Translations under genes and position numbers: made by a program
Shown here: piece after piece, positions 43,401 to 52,355 of the stretch
Numbering within the stretch: position 1 is the first letter of the stretch
How the letters are laid out: each line of letters opens with the position of its first letter
From: a virus
Virus record (IMG/VR): IMGVR_UViG_3300042197_003184
Location: 32,001-96,000 of that record
Reading direction: 5' to 3' (one strand)
Length of the DNA: 64,000 nucleotides
Notes under the pieces: generated by a model
Database searches by the model: none
Seen by the model: the letters and a program-made list of their open reading frames with translations, nothing else
Told to the model about the DNA's origin: nothing

Positions 43401-44060
43401 ATAGATGAAATCATGCAAAACTCTATAGAGTATACATTACCAGAGGATCAAATTGCCAAAGAAAAAGCCAAATACCCATCCGTAACAGATTGGGCTAAGG
43501 AAGGAAATAATAAGTATGCTATTTATGAAAAGAAATTCTTTCTTGTTTGTAACGACGCAGAAGCTGGTTATGGTAACTCTCCTGATGTTTTGGTATATGT
43601 TACAGAGGAGTATTTGTATCCTGTTGGCACTAATATGTTTGATTACGCTACCAACAAGAACTTAAATTTGGATAATAAAAATTCTATCAACTTAAGATTT
43701 AGAAATATACCCAGAAAATTAAAAACTATAGATCCTATATATTGGGTTTATAGGTATGATTATAATGGTAATCTTGGTAGAGACGTTACTCCTTCTCCCG
43801 GAGGTTTTATGTCAAGCAACCTTGCCTTTTGGCACTGTTTCGGTCATAATGATATTGGGGCTGAGATTCAGTCTGGCAATAATTTTTATGGTAAATTAGT
43901 TGAGCCTCCTGATTTCTATAAAATGCAAAATGAAATGATTTTTAGGGCATTTTTTGGTAGTGTAGATGGTGTGGAACACAAGAATAGCGATATTAGTAGC
44001 ACCAAGGAAATGTGGGAATGGATACCGTATGAATACTACAATAAGCCCTTTATAGAATAA
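37491..44060 (+). CDS. Large virion/baseplate-associated protein (2189 aa) with PKD-like and proprotein-convertase P-domain-like segments
   Basis: GTG start after AAGGGA. PKD-like motif (W...DGP...GCYTLS..AT...D.INVYV) and P-domain-like motif (IEDIEVRVNF....KNLVMYL...FSKF.G....G.FTL.V...SWEI). Confidence 0.55.
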   Translation: MYADRNDNSCNIYDSSFLGDLKPYTFFEDDASFGFKYEDGSQSTGLGSRLSYIKTIIDSNTPASTDIDDIWLPAIIDTGSYVNNKQVLMGTVIGNSVFGIENVLSFSNLKFKNWNMPSDVQLSIDWFINTDLSPIDIDYGLLCWYKKNTNHDQTHTIENVPSNIPLKCTVAVSYTENGQTYEIPKDTIVIKIDNYKLERKDTNAVIVSDTVRPNPNRIFQFSKVTNFTSLSIFKIVDKTNTVASSLSSYSLWIPDGDVNSFYNSSKDKAKRISKNIVSQTYLSPSLYHIYRSLYQALTVKKIRPSVPGSSPLDKSQSGRLRKLCSFLATSPLIDKVSINRLIDSSLYDQIYSTYIYGTNPNTEKQDLVNVLCTIFQKYRNESINWGKKNLSNNYVSSKQELFNKLTQKYGAFLSISGSKNIDFVPPLSNGAHALINMGIRTFVSKAGSGPFYNNCSITLGNIKAHTNMSTTKSECQFAYIKENNTEEPLKTLPLADISIKRKDKLKLDIGPDLILPTNSSYDFSVSDLDSTTATAYWFLPDGPDCIRFSDYNITPAQRGGRLWRFKSSTQTNPTIYTKDRGCYTLSCVATESGALRKSDSINVYVVDGNGEYAPGKTPTVFGGSDNTVSTEYKCMCPNWRQIAINKRGMVWFIDTDMYVTLQGAVSWLRTPERCINKQIPLEYFTELDSGGSLKASIVNANANLSINLNANSTVIKLSYISLQNMRDKDTINSDNSITKYNACGSFHEDRIYRKRETFSSSQGAITGAMRYYRKFDHRESYYKYTTDNNIDWFISNETVEFNFPPLSTVFSPSVPSYGGYSQQVIKDLGIDIPYHPIRINDQDEVYASASNLTWDCPVGLMCDEPAHMPALSDHNDMGGSDPNIRCHLKEIPISNSLTFTKGYFHPGSGWIYNNDSRYAEFNNKTSVQKYRTEDYGSYIFSGTSITDLKSSYNDKDNISNFIGSKIRFNGSIPYSSTYGLARYYGYRLPNGYLRGMMPYQDDMYVDGEGFSYVDFVCPYGDYSKYYSLIDHPDTSSLTIEDIEVRVNFLNYPNPKNLVMYLEVTGNSMPNPQPDYTKFYREYKDASTLGPVELQNYIGALNTMNSGNRLYLLNGDNIDNYGYFFSLKFSDNYGNNVVLDDKNKKTTNIYGDQDIADSSVPVRPTLSAPGYNDLDVSRYVNIINNNNMVIPSCSFSKFRGMNLTGTTFTLYVGTTEETEQSSAKDYTSGNNNLSGLSTIYNSPNSNSIVNNICSWEIIVHTKKNKQFNTADILGLISYSDHKTYDGYNFICDMTNKEYMIPFVNMNAPFNYLANINSCSSSDPDDASKSLTYRKIEFPFFYLPFTPFFTLVGALVATFELQQIFGAGGRSDPVVNMLLDLSFQRRQAEVESAVFQPIYTNYGYPYKAPVQISTDNTNWVHSDVSIFKYDHCPILTQNKYKYIKLTSNFGMAKFIAKKIKSLRELIDPKTICASITVATVPPAGLSVSDTAGNQHTFYQDDMVEVNGTVYVVKSQNWVVAPDTASLQYLATNKVAGNTTFTQAYISAKQLVMIDGARAYYYFSENDNIKHTDGSTKINKKALINIGGQYKTILTLSDPIPNDILEIYKNDNDSNVILVYKDYITDKDLAPISKWSFAKTAQQRSVNFPVFHYHSALGEGSWSYGTNFLEPEIFQKLYLYDNEILDAPEMLDCKYNNKYKPYDISVIDASNGNITKLIFDPKNDDAKNSLTGYAFSTNDFGLNIHDNFLVNHKIISPVKFQEIEKILKQNVVLESSNGAPFFMDLKSDKFKSIPASGEIIIEDDFISKTPLPKLTTSELTMISDRLATLESSIKTRLTEYHKTPEDPIDCLASEPTSDCPKKELLSTINNLTDERNSLRTVLSQNDNAIDGLSSVSRTITQDSTTKKINIQYDYKNYYWINIDKNQEFFQSQDAIPKILYKIRYNCVPVVEFYTPPACDSICGSSRQGSLNTNIDEIMQNSIEYTLPEDQIAKEKAKYPSVTDWAKEGNNKYAIYEKKFFLVCNDAEAGYGNSPDVLVYVTEEYLYPVGTNMFDYATNKNLNLDNKNSINLRFRNIPRKLKTIDPIYWVYRYDYNGNLGRDVTPSPGGFMSSNLAFWHCFGHNDIGAEIQSGNNFYGKLVEPPDFYKMQNEMIFRAFFGSVDGVEHKNSDISSTKEMWEWIPYEYYNKPFIE

Positions 44061-44101
44061 ACAATAGGCTGGACTGCTAATATTTAGATTAACTAATCAT
44101 T

Positions 44102-47017
44102 ATGAATGATCCTTTATTTTTAATACGTTTTAGTGCTGATGTTGGTGCCTACGACAGTTCTTATCCGCAAAAGGATTTGAGTAGTTATAATCTTGCTTTT
44201 AATGTAGGGCTCGGCAGATTCACCGAGGCTGCATCATTTAATGGACAAGACAGTCATGTTTTGATTCATGATTCATTGCCCGCTAACGATTACACTATAG
44301 AGATATGGTTCTATACTATAAGCAGTAACAATAAACACGTATTATATCAATATAATAATCAAAATAATTCTAAAACAGTTATTGTTTATGCTTATAATCA
44401 AAATTTATATGTTAGCATTAATAATGTAACTAAATTAATTTTACCTATTACCTATAATCAATGGACACACTTTGCGTTAGTTAAAAAGCCTGACCTTATT
44501 AAGTGTTACATACAGGGAATACCCGGTGACAATACCATACCGGACATCATTAATGATACCGAAATTAACATGATCATAGGTAATACTTTCGGGTTGGGCA
44601 ATACAGCCAATAGCGATTTGTTTGGTTGGTACGGCTATATAGACGAAATCAGAGGAATGCCAGAAATAGTATACATAAATGGAGGATTTCCTGTACCAAC
44701 CGCCCCTTTTCCGGATGTGACCCCAAGTCCCATTCCAACGCCAACCAATAGCGAGACTCCAACTAACACCCCCACCATTACGCCCACTGAAACTCCAACA
44801 GAAACTCCAACAGAAACTCCAACAGTAACGCCAACCGAGACCCCAACGGCAACGCCAACAGCAACTACGACAGTTACTCCGACTGAAACGCCAACTACTA
44901 CTCCCACAGTAACTCCTACCACAACCCCAACCAATACTCCATCGATAACCCCAACCGAAACACCGACCAATACTCCAACAATAACGCCAACTGAGACCCC
45001 AACGGTTACGCCGACCAATACTCCAACAATAACGCCAACTGAGACCCCAACGGTTACGCCGACTAATACTCCAACAATAACGCCAACTGAGACCCCAACG
45101 GTTACGCCGACTAATACTCCAACAGTAACGCCAACTGAGACCCCAACGGTTACGCCGACTAATACTCCAACAATAACGCCAACTGAGACCCCAACGGTTA
45201 CGCCGACTAATACTCCAACAGTAACGCCAACCAAGACACCCACAAATACACCAACAACAACACCCACTACGACCCCCACAAATACTTCTACTCAAACACC
45301 GTGGTACACGCCGAGCACAACCCCCACAAACAGTCCGACTAACACCACGACTCCAACACCAACTGTTTCTTCTACAGCTACAGCTACCCCAACAGTATCG
45401 GTGTCGGTATCGTGTTCTGCGACCCCTTCTGCAACAGTTACTCCAACAGAAACCCCGACACCTACGGCTACTCATACCCCTGTTGTTTCCGTAACTCCTA
45501 CCCAGACTCCTTCCCCAACAGCAACAGCAACAAATACTCCTCAACCAACAGCAACACCAACAAAAACAGTCACCGCCACACCAACCAATACGCGTACACA
45601 GCCCATATCTGGTACTCCAACACAAACTCCAAACCCAACATCCACACCCACATCGACTCCCACTGTTTCTCCTACAGCTACTAGCACGCCCACTAAGACA
45701 GCCACACCCACCAGAACGCCATCAAGAACACCCAAACCCACCAGGGCTATTGTCACGAAACCCAAACTAAAGGGCTTGGGCACTAAAAACAACCCTGTTA
45801 TTGTTAATACCTTAAATAAAGACGAAATTATTACATTCTTTCCTAATCTCAATGGAGAAATCAAATATACTTCTGATATTTCTGGGGCTGTCATTGCTGC
45901 CAAAAAGAATGGCTTGGTTATAGCTTTAACAACCCCCACTCCTACGCCAACATCCACAAAAACACCGACACCAACCGCGACACCGACCAGAACAGCCACT
46001 TCTACTGTTACTCGTACGGTAACGCCAACAGTTTCTTCCACCCCTTCCAATACCCCAACAACATCCGTAACTGCGACCCCAACAACTACAGTAACCAACA
46101 CACCGTCTACCACTAATACCCCCACTGTAACCCCATCATTAACATCAACAGCTACGCCAACACCGTCTATTAGTCCGACAACAACAGTCACGGCAACACC
46201 AACATCCACAACATTTCGGACACCTACACCAACAACAACGGTCACTGTATCTAGTACTCCCACCACCACAGTTAGCGCTACGCCTACCGTAACACCCACC
46301 CCAACTACCACCGCCACCCCCACCTGTTCCGTAAGTCAATCAATAGGATATATACCTTCCCCCCAAAACATACCACCTACGGCAACTATAACTCCCACCA
46401 CTACGGTTACAGAAACCATAACACCCACCGTTACTACAACACTTACTGTCACGCCAACAGTTAGTATTACAACCAGTAATACAGAAACGCCATACCCAAC
46501 CGCCACACCAACGCCTACTATTACCACAACCAATACAACAACCCCAACAAGAACCGCTATTGCTACACCCACCCCAACCGGCACCGCATACGAAACGCCA
46601 ACCCCCACCCAGACAGTATCCTCAACCCCAACCGCTACCCTAACCTCAACAGCAACAATTACGCCGACACCCAGTATCACAGAATCTCAAACCCCAACTC
46701 CTTCGCCGACCAATACTCGCACCGCAACTCCCACCCCAACAAGCACCACTACCGGATCAACGACTCCCACGCCGACCAAAACACCAAGACCAGGAACAAA
46801 TACAGGTCCTGGATGTGCATTATTTGTTACAACAAGAGATCAGATACAGATTTATTTAGATGAGTCATTCACAGGAGAAAGCTCTAGCGGAGAGATTAAG
46901 ATATGGATAGAACCAAAAGTTAGTTGCAATTCTATTCCTAACAGAAGGGGTTTTTCTCCGCCACCCACCCCAACATCACAATCTTCTCAAACTAATTCAT
47001 CACCATCTACGAGTTGA
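44102..47017 (+). CDS. LamG/concanavalin-A-like lectin domain protein with a very long Thr-Pro stalk
   Basis: The N-terminal ~200 aa show LamG hallmarks ([29 protein letters not shown]...GYIDEIR, F.VPTAPF). About 650 aa of TP repeats follow, split by a short spacer. Confidence 0.8.
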   Translation: MNDPLFLIRFSADVGAYDSSYPQKDLSSYNLAFNVGLGRFTEAASFNGQDSHVLIHDSLPANDYTIEIWFYTISSNNKHVLYQYNNQNNSKTVIVYAYNQNLYVSINNVTKLILPITYNQWTHFALVKKPDLIKCYIQGIPGDNTIPDIINDTEINMIIGNTFGLGNTANSDLFGWYGYIDEIRGMPEIVYINGGFPVPTAPFPDVTPSPIPTPTNSETPTNTPTITPTETPTETPTETPTVTPTETPTATPTATTTVTPTETPTTTPTVTPTTTPTNTPSITPTETPTNTPTITPTETPTVTPTNTPTITPTETPTVTPTNTPTITPTETPTVTPTNTPTVTPTETPTVTPTNTPTITPTETPTVTPTNTPTVTPTKTPTNTPTTTPTTTPTNTSTQTPWYTPSTTPTNSPTNTTTPTPTVSSTATATPTVSVSVSCSATPSATVTPTETPTPTATHTPVVSVTPTQTPSPTATATNTPQPTATPTKTVTATPTNTRTQPISGTPTQTPNPTSTPTSTPTVSPTATSTPTKTATPTRTPSRTPKPTRAIVTKPKLKGLGTKNNPVIVNTLNKDEIITFFPNLNGEIKYTSDISGAVIAAKKNGLVIALTTPTPTPTSTKTPTPTATPTRTATSTVTRTVTPTVSSTPSNTPTTSVTATPTTTVTNTPSTTNTPTVTPSLTSTATPTPSISPTTTVTATPTSTTFRTPTPTTTVTVSSTPTTTVSATPTVTPTPTTTATPTCSVSQSIGYIPSPQNIPPTATITPTTTVTETITPTVTTTLTVTPTVSITTSNTETPYPTATPTPTITTTNTTTPTRTAIATPTPTGTAYETPTPTQTVSSTPTATLTSTATITPTPSITESQTPTPSPTNTRTATPTPTSTTTGSTTPTPTKTPRPGTNTGPGCALFVTTRDQIQIYLDESFTGESSSGEIKIWIEPKVSCNSIPNRRGFSPPPTPTSQSSQTNSSPSTS
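44969..45231 (+). repeat. 48-nt near-perfect tandem repeat ([16 protein letters not shown]), ~5.5 copies
   Basis: Units start at 44969, 45017, 45065, 45113, 45161 and 45209 and differ by only 1-2 nt. Confidence 0.95.
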
Positions 47018-47019
47018 TT

Positions 47020-47412
47020 ATGCAGCATATTGTTCTGGATCAGTTTATATTTTGTAATTTTATTACTAACAATATGATAGACTTTACGTGCTCTATCTGT
47101 GGAAGAAAGATAAAAGCCCAAGAAATACAAACAGAGATACCAAAATTTATATGTTTGGGCTCTAAGAACGGAGAAGACATTATCGACAAAATTAAAACAA
47201 TATCTGCTATGTCTAATCAAAAGTCTTCGGGGTCATTATGTAATGATCAAGAGATACAAAAAAGATACAATATATGCCAATCATGTATACACTTCAACCA
47301 CAGCACATGCTCGTTGTGTGGGTGTCCATTGAGCAGAGAGAGGGATTTTGTCAATAAGTTAGCATTTAAAAAAGAAAAGTGTCCGGAAGGAAAATGGGAC
47401 CAAGAATCTTAG
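47020..47412 (+). CDS. Cys-rich hypothetical protein (DUF6171-like C-terminus)
   Basis: ATG at 47020, 2 nt after the upstream stop. Contains CSICG plus R..IC..C......C..CGC......K......CP.GKW. Confidence 0.6.
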   Translation: MQHIVLDQFIFCNFITNNMIDFTCSICGRKIKAQEIQTEIPKFICLGSKNGEDIIDKIKTISAMSNQKSSGSLCNDQEIQKRYNICQSCIHFNHSTCSLCGCPLSRERDFVNKLAFKKEKCPEGKWDQES

Positions 47413-47744
47413 TTCTTGTCCTTGGTCCATTTATGCCAACCCTTATTTTGCAAATAATTACCGTCGTCGTCTTTGCGTTTTGGAAAAAGAGTTCCTCCCT
47501 TTTTGTGTTGGCCAAAGGATAAAACACCCCCGCAACCATTACATCTGAGTTCGTAATAGTCGTTGCCATCAACATTCCTAACCACAAATCTCAGATTATC
47601 CTTATCGCACAATCCACAAGATTCTTCCGAGAAAATCTCTTGTATAAGAGCCAACTCCTTAAAAATTTCTTTTTGGCCCGAACCCTCTAATTCAAAAGAC
47701 AACCTATCATTTGCTTTAAAAAATACTTTCATGATTACTTCCAT
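47409..47744 (-). CDS. Hypothetical zinc-ribbon protein
   Basis: CGLC...CNGC pairs. It overlaps the upstream - strand gene and is the last gene of the - strand block. Confidence 0.65.
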   Translation of the reverse strand: MEVIMKVFFKANDRLSFELEGSGQKEIFKELALIQEIFSEESCGLCDKDNLRFVVRNVDGNDYYELRCNGCGGVLSFGQHKKGGTLFPKRKDDDGNYLQNKGWHKWTKDKN

Positions 47745-48481
47745 TCGTTGTGATAGCCAATAATATTTTCTGATATATTGGTCATATCTTGTTGGTATGA
47801 AGACAATAACCTAATAACCGTTACTGCATCATCATGGGACAGAGCATAGATATTCTGATTTTCCATGTTGTTTTCTTGCAGTAATTTGGTCACATTTATA
47901 TTAAGTCTTTTTGACAATACGTCAATGAAGTTAATCTGATTATTTGTAATTTTTGATACAGAATTGTGGTCAGGATGATCTTCGATATCTTTGGCCAATT
48001 CTTCAGCAGCCACCACTTTTCGTAACTTAAGAGCCCTTCTCAGAGCCCTACCTTCTGCTCTGGTTTCTGCTACGGCCACTGGATGATTACGATACACCTT
48101 ATCACAGTTACCCCAATAAACGTCTGCTGAGCCATCTATAGACACGGTATTTAATTCTGGTCTCTCCGGATTACCAGTATTTAAACAGTACGTTATGGAG
48201 TGAACCACAGTGGCTCTTTTTTCATTATCCGGACTAGGAGACTGAACCACAGAACTAGTAGACATAATAATCTTACAATCCAGAGCCTTCTCAAATACTC
48301 TCCTTAAACCATCCGTAGTAGGATTGCCACTAATTTTTTCATCATCGCTCAATAAGCTTAGAACATGATCTGTCCACTCCAGATCATTAGGTGTGACAGA
48401 TACCTGACTCGGTGTTGATATATTTTGTTCTTCTGTATTGACAACATCTTGCTGGGTTTCTTTCTTAGTAGCTTTAGCCAT
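47735..48481 (-). CDS. Probable ssDNA-annealing protein (Rad52/Sak-like)
   Basis: G.AD...N......P.AVAETRAEGRALRRAL helix typical of Rad52-fold annealases, plus a C-terminal IT..QI..I motif. RBS GAGGA. Confidence 0.45.
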   Translation of the reverse strand: MAKATKKETQQDVVNTEEQNISTPSQVSVTPNDLEWTDHVLSLLSDDEKISGNPTTDGLRRVFEKALDCKIIMSTSSVVQSPSPDNEKRATVVHSITYCLNTGNPERPELNTVSIDGSADVYWGNCDKVYRNHPVAVAETRAEGRALRRALKLRKVVAAEELAKDIEDHPDHNSVSKITNNQINFIDVLSKRLNINVTKLLQENNMENQNIYALSHDDAVTVIRLLSSYQQDMTNISENIIGYHNEWK

Positions 48482-48486
48482 ATAAT

Positions 48487-49293
48487 TTAATCCTCTATTA
48501 AAAACTTTCTATTGTCTGCTGTTGGAAATTGAGATGAAATTTGTTTGATAATATCCACTAAACGATTATAAATAATTGTGGCTCTGGTTTTTGAGAAGTC
48601 CTTGGTCTGCTTGATCCTGATTAAAACCATTCCTCTACCCAAGATCAGACCTTCTTTTTTTTGATCATATGCTATATTTTTTTGCAGAGCATCCTCTCCC
48701 CAAACTGGTAAAAAGTGAGACGGACCATCCACTTCTATAGCTGTAGATATGCTAGGAACAAACAGATCTATTTGCAACTTGGTATTTGATAGGGTTTGCT
48801 CTTTATGAAATTCAATCTTATAGCCGTCCTCCAATAACCTATTAAGCAAAAAACTCTCCAGTTTCGATCCTGTTTTACTGGCTTTTCTAACCGCGTTATT
48901 GGCTGATTTAGTAATGTTTTGTTTCACATTGTCGTCTAGGTTTTCCCAAGCCTCCTTGCATTTTCTTTTTCTATCGGCCAGCTCTTTTGACGTTAGATTT
49001 TCCCATGATGTCATAACGCCCATACCTATTTTTTGCTTGGTTAGTTCGTTCCTTTTTGATCCTTTGGTTGGATGTTTATGTTTACCTGTTTTCAAAGCAT
49101 TTTTTTGAGCATCAGATTTGTCTCTGATTGGTATTTTGAGAGATATAGCGTCTCTTCTGATTTTATTAGGGTATGTATTGTATTCGTGGGCTATATCGGC
49201 AAAGCTCTTATTCTGATTTATATACATACCTTGAATAAGGTCTTTTTTTTGATCCTTAGATAATTTATCATAGGATTTTGATAATTGATTCAT
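48487..49293 (-). CDS. HTH plus basic repeats plus Vsr/DUF559-type (EDxHD) endonuclease, homing-endonuclease-like
   Basis: N-terminal HTH (Y....KSFADIA.EY.T....IRR), NUMOD-like KGSKR.E.TK.KI, and C-terminal SKLE...IDLF...AIEVDG.SH...D..K...G..LIRI. Confidence 0.7.
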   Translation of the reverse strand: MNQLSKSYDKLSKDQKKDLIQGMYINQNKSFADIAHEYNTYPNKIRRDAISLKIPIRDKSDAQKNALKTGKHKHPTKGSKRNELTKQKIGMGVMTSWENLTSKELADRKRKCKEAWENLDDNVKQNITKSANNAVRKASKTGSKLESFLLNRLLEDGYKIEFHKEQTLSNTKLQIDLFVPSISTAIEVDGPSHFLPVWGEDALQKNIAYDQKKEGLILGRGMVLIRIKQTKDFSKTRATIIYNRLVDIIKQISSQFPTADNRKFLIED

Positions 49294-49762
49294 GATTAAA
49301 TTCCTCCATAATACCTACCGGTGTTTTCCAGCATATGCTGTATATGTCATTAATTTCTTTATTTTTTGCTATTATACTCAAATTGTCTTTCATAAAAATA
49401 TCATACCATTCCTGATATGATCCGCTGATGTGTTCTGTCCATGGAATGTTTTCAGCATACCAATATCTAGCATGTATATTGGGACAATTTTGAGTGAGTA
49501 CGATAGATGTTATATCGAATAAAAAAAGATTTCCATAGAAGAATTTAGATTCATTTAAGTGCAATATTGGAACGTTATGCGTCGATATGCGTTCATTATA
49601 ACTAGCAAAAACACAAATATGTCTGTCTATTTCGGCGTCTATCAAAGACTTAACAGATCTTAGTATGTGATCATGGGCATTATTGTTTAATAGTTTTGGT
49701 ATTACAAATCCGATATCTTTTATGCTTGGATCGATTTTTCTTTTTTTTGTTTTAAGTGTCAT
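49268..49762 (-). CDS. Hypothetical protein in the glycosyltransferase cluster
   Basis: 164 aa, overlaps both neighbours, alpha/beta pattern resembling a GT-B N-terminal lobe. Confidence 0.55.
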   Translation of the reverse strand: MTLKTKKRKIDPSIKDIGFVIPKLLNNNAHDHILRSVKSLIDAEIDRHICVFASYNERISTHNVPILHLNESKFFYGNLFLFDITSIVLTQNCPNIHARYWYAENIPWTEHISGSYQEWYDIFMKDNLSIIAKNKEINDIYSICWKTPVGIMEEFNHESIIKIL

Positions 49763-50517
49763 GGTAATATATTTTTGGTTATGAAATCTGCATAAGATAC
49801 TGCCGAGGATAGTTTTTGTTTCCAGTATTTATTTTTATTGGTGTCTATTAAAAAATTCTTAGTTTTTGTGTTTTTCGATACGTTAGCAGAACTAACGAGG
49901 CTACAGCCGCACGACACAGCCTCTAATGAATAGTAATCATTGATATCTACAAAAAAACTACTTTTCTTCAATATGTTGGCCTTATGGAATTCATTTAATA
50001 AGCCTAAATTTTGTTTATGCTTGATATTGATGTTATTAAACATTTTTATAGGCAATTGACTATTAGGGTATAGGTATTTGGTCAAGGTGTCTGGAATCTC
50101 ATTACCACATTGATCCAAAAATACTGTAGCAAAATTTTCTTTAGTGGTTGTTTTGTCGGCTATAAACAACGATGTATTTAAAATATTTTCTGGGATAACT
50201 ATATTAGTATTATCGATAGCAGACCAATGAAAGGTTTTACAAACTCTATTAAAATCCATAAGTTCAGTATATTGACTATTATTAGGATAGTACAACATAA
50301 ATGTTTTGTTTTTATTATGATATTCTGATATGAATTGTGCTATTTCGTTTGAAAATAAATCTGATATAAAAACATATGCATCAAACTTATACAAATAGTC
50401 TAGCTTATAAAGAGTATTGTTTATATTGGCGGATATAGTTTCAGTAGATAATTGACGTAAAGATATAATTAGATTATTAATAAATTTATCATTAAATTGT
50501 TGTACAAATATTTTCAT
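49759..50517 (-). CDS. Divergent glycosyltransferase-like protein
   Basis: C-terminal NLG.L.E..KA.IL.KS..F.....Y.LEAVSCGC.LV resembles the GT-B donor-binding lobe. Confidence 0.5.
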   Translation of the reverse strand: MKIFVQQFNDKFINNLIISLRQLSTETISANINNTLYKLDYLYKFDAYVFISDLFSNEIAQFISEYHNKNKTFMLYYPNNSQYTELMDFNRVCKTFHWSAIDNTNIVIPENILNTSLFIADKTTTKENFATVFLDQCGNEIPDTLTKYLYPNSQLPIKMFNNINIKHKQNLGLLNEFHKANILKKSSFFVDINDYYSLEAVSCGCSLVSSANVSKNTKTKNFLIDTNKNKYWKQKLSSAVSYADFITKNILP

Positions 50518-50572
50518 ATAAATGCCTTGGCTTTGGATATGTCCTTAAGACCAGTTACTTTCATAATTTTTT

Positions 50573-51233
50573 GCTTAGGTATGATACAGCTATCAAAACC
50601 ATGACCAGAGTCTATCAAAAGATTAATAATCTCGAACAGATATAGCTGATCCATATTGTGTTTGTCCAACAGGGATTTTAGTCTGGTTATTGCAGAACTA
50701 TTGAGATATACGCATTCTGACCATTTTTGGGGAAGATCATAAAATAGATAATCCACCGTTGTTGTGTCATGACACCCAACATCAAAATAGTTTTTAGGTT
50801 TACTGAGTATATAAATTCTAGAATGTTTTTTATTGATCGTAAAAACATGCTTAAACATAATTCCACTACTTAATATTAAAGCATTGTCGAGCTTGCCAGA
50901 AACTATACACTGCACAATACCCTTGCCCTGATTACTGTTTTTATAGTCCTGATTATACATTATTTCTATATTTTTATACTGTTGTGCTATTTTATGTATT
51001 TTTTCAGACTCAAACCCTGTAGAAATGTATATTTTACTACCAGGATAAAATTTTTGTAGTGATATGATTTGGTGTTCTATTAAAGATGTTGAGTTCTTAA
51101 GTTTTAGCAAAGACTTGGAACCAACCGACTTCATGCCTTTGGTGATCTCGGCTGCTGTAATAATAATATTAAGTTGTTCTTTTTTATGTTCCATATTCAT
51201 ATGAAATAATTTCTGGCGTACTATTAATAGCAT
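50573..51233 (-). CDS. Nucleotidyltransferase-like (LicC/MobA fold) protein, divergent; full ORF 50514-51233
   Basis: NIIITAAE.TKGMKS.GSKSLL.L....LIEHQI..L....I.I.TGF...KI...N.DY..SN matches the sugar-phosphate NTP-transferase N-terminus, but the GxGxR motif is degenerate. The ORF runs to the stop at 50514, and the true start is probably 51200 or 51194. Confidence 0.6.
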
Positions 51234-51945
51234 TCAAAATATTTTCTTCTGCTCTCCGTGCCGTAAAATAGTTTGTATAAGATATTAATAAGCCAGTAAA
51301 GTCAGTATTATCATGGCCTCTTTTTTTCATAACATGGAAATCTCTTTGTTCTATAATACAAATGGTATTGATTTCGTTAATGTCTTGTTCTAGTTCTGAT
51401 GATTTATCAATATTGTAAATCAGGACAAACTTAGCGCCATTAGCGTTTTTATTTCCACCGATTATAGAATGTAATGCTTCGGTGTATGAAGTGCCTTCTA
51501 AAAATACATGAGTCTTCCATGGAATGTCCAATGCTAGTGTTTTACGTATAGTTTCTATTTTTTCTTGATTGTGTTTACTATGAGAAAATAAACAGAACGA
51601 TATAAATTTGGGGAGTATAGACCCACCACTGATGGTTTGACAGTGTTTTGTCAGAGTTTCTGTATTAATATCTGTAATATCTAAGACGAGATGTATTTGA
51701 ATAGCAGCATTATTTAATATAGATCTTTTAATATCTTCTATAGAAATAGAGTCTTTGTTAGTTTCGAAAGTCTCTTTGGAGAAACCCATTCTACACTGGT
51801 AGTCTTCTATTTCGTAGTATTCATCTACTACTGATAGTTTTTTATGGTTTGTAGACAGCAGATGTTCGACAACTCCGTGCTCGCAGGCTTCGTTTTGTAA
51901 CGCTGGGTGTGCAAAAAGACATTTTCTACATGATGTTTTTTTCAT
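51184..51945 (-). CDS. Hypothetical protein with an N-terminal Cys cluster (CxxC..C..C)
   Basis: 253 aa, with a 4-nt ATGA-type overlap with the upstream gene. Confidence 0.6.
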   Translation of the reverse strand: MKKTSCRKCLFAHPALQNEACEHGVVEHLLSTNHKKLSVVDEYYEIEDYQCRMGFSKETFETNKDSISIEDIKRSILNNAAIQIHLVLDITDINTETLTKHCQTISGGSILPKFISFCLFSHSKHNQEKIETIRKTLALDIPWKTHVFLEGTSYTEALHSIIGGNKNANGAKFVLIYNIDKSSELEQDINEINTICIIEQRDFHVMKKRGHDNTDFTGLLISYTNYFTARRAEENILNAINSTPEIISYEYGT

Positions 51946-52355
51946 ATAAGATTGATTCTAGTAATAGTTGCTAATATATGATAGTCTTGATATTCTATTC
52001 TTGAAATAATAAAATTATCATCAATTAAAGCGTTTAATTTATCAATACTGAGTAATGACTTGTTATCCTGAAAAAATAACACAATATCATCATCTGATAT
52101 GCTATTATCATAGTAGGCTTTAGTAATAATTTTCGCATTAATAAATTTGAATACGGCAGTACCCCCAACCCTAATTTTAGACATAATGGATGATACTAGG
52201 TTTTGTCTTTGCTCGTTATTTAATTCATTAATATTATCGCAATATAAAGTATCTACGGAATGATTGATTATTCTATCGACCATACCAACAGAGATACTAT
52301 CGAAATTAGCAATTGATCCTTGTTTATTCCCATAAAGATAAATATTTCTACTCAT
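51942..52355 (-). CDS. Truncated/degenerate SAM-methyltransferase-like protein
   Basis: SVD.LY......L.......L...I.SK.R.GG...F resembles the middle of class I MTases. No glycine-rich motif I is present. Confidence 0.4.
   Translation of the reverse strand: MSRNIYLYGNKQGSIANFDSISVGMVDRIINHSVDTLYCDNINELNNEQRQNLVSSIMSKIRVGGTAVFKFINAKIITKAYYDNSISDDDIVLFFQDNKSLLSIDKLNALIDDNFIISRIEYQDYHILATITRINLI

Noticed and set aside
44969-45231. CRISPR array or DGR template/variable repeat
   Set aside because: The units are contiguous with no unique spacers and are in-frame coding. There is no cas operon or reverse transcriptase in the window and no adenine-specific variation.
18825-46680. Numerous - strand ORFs rich in VGV/VGVS (e.g. 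20396-20959, 44635-45279, 44477-45625, 45541-46323)
   Set aside because: They are antisense shadows of Thr-Pro codon tracts, which lack stop codons on the reverse strand. They have no RBS or independent features.
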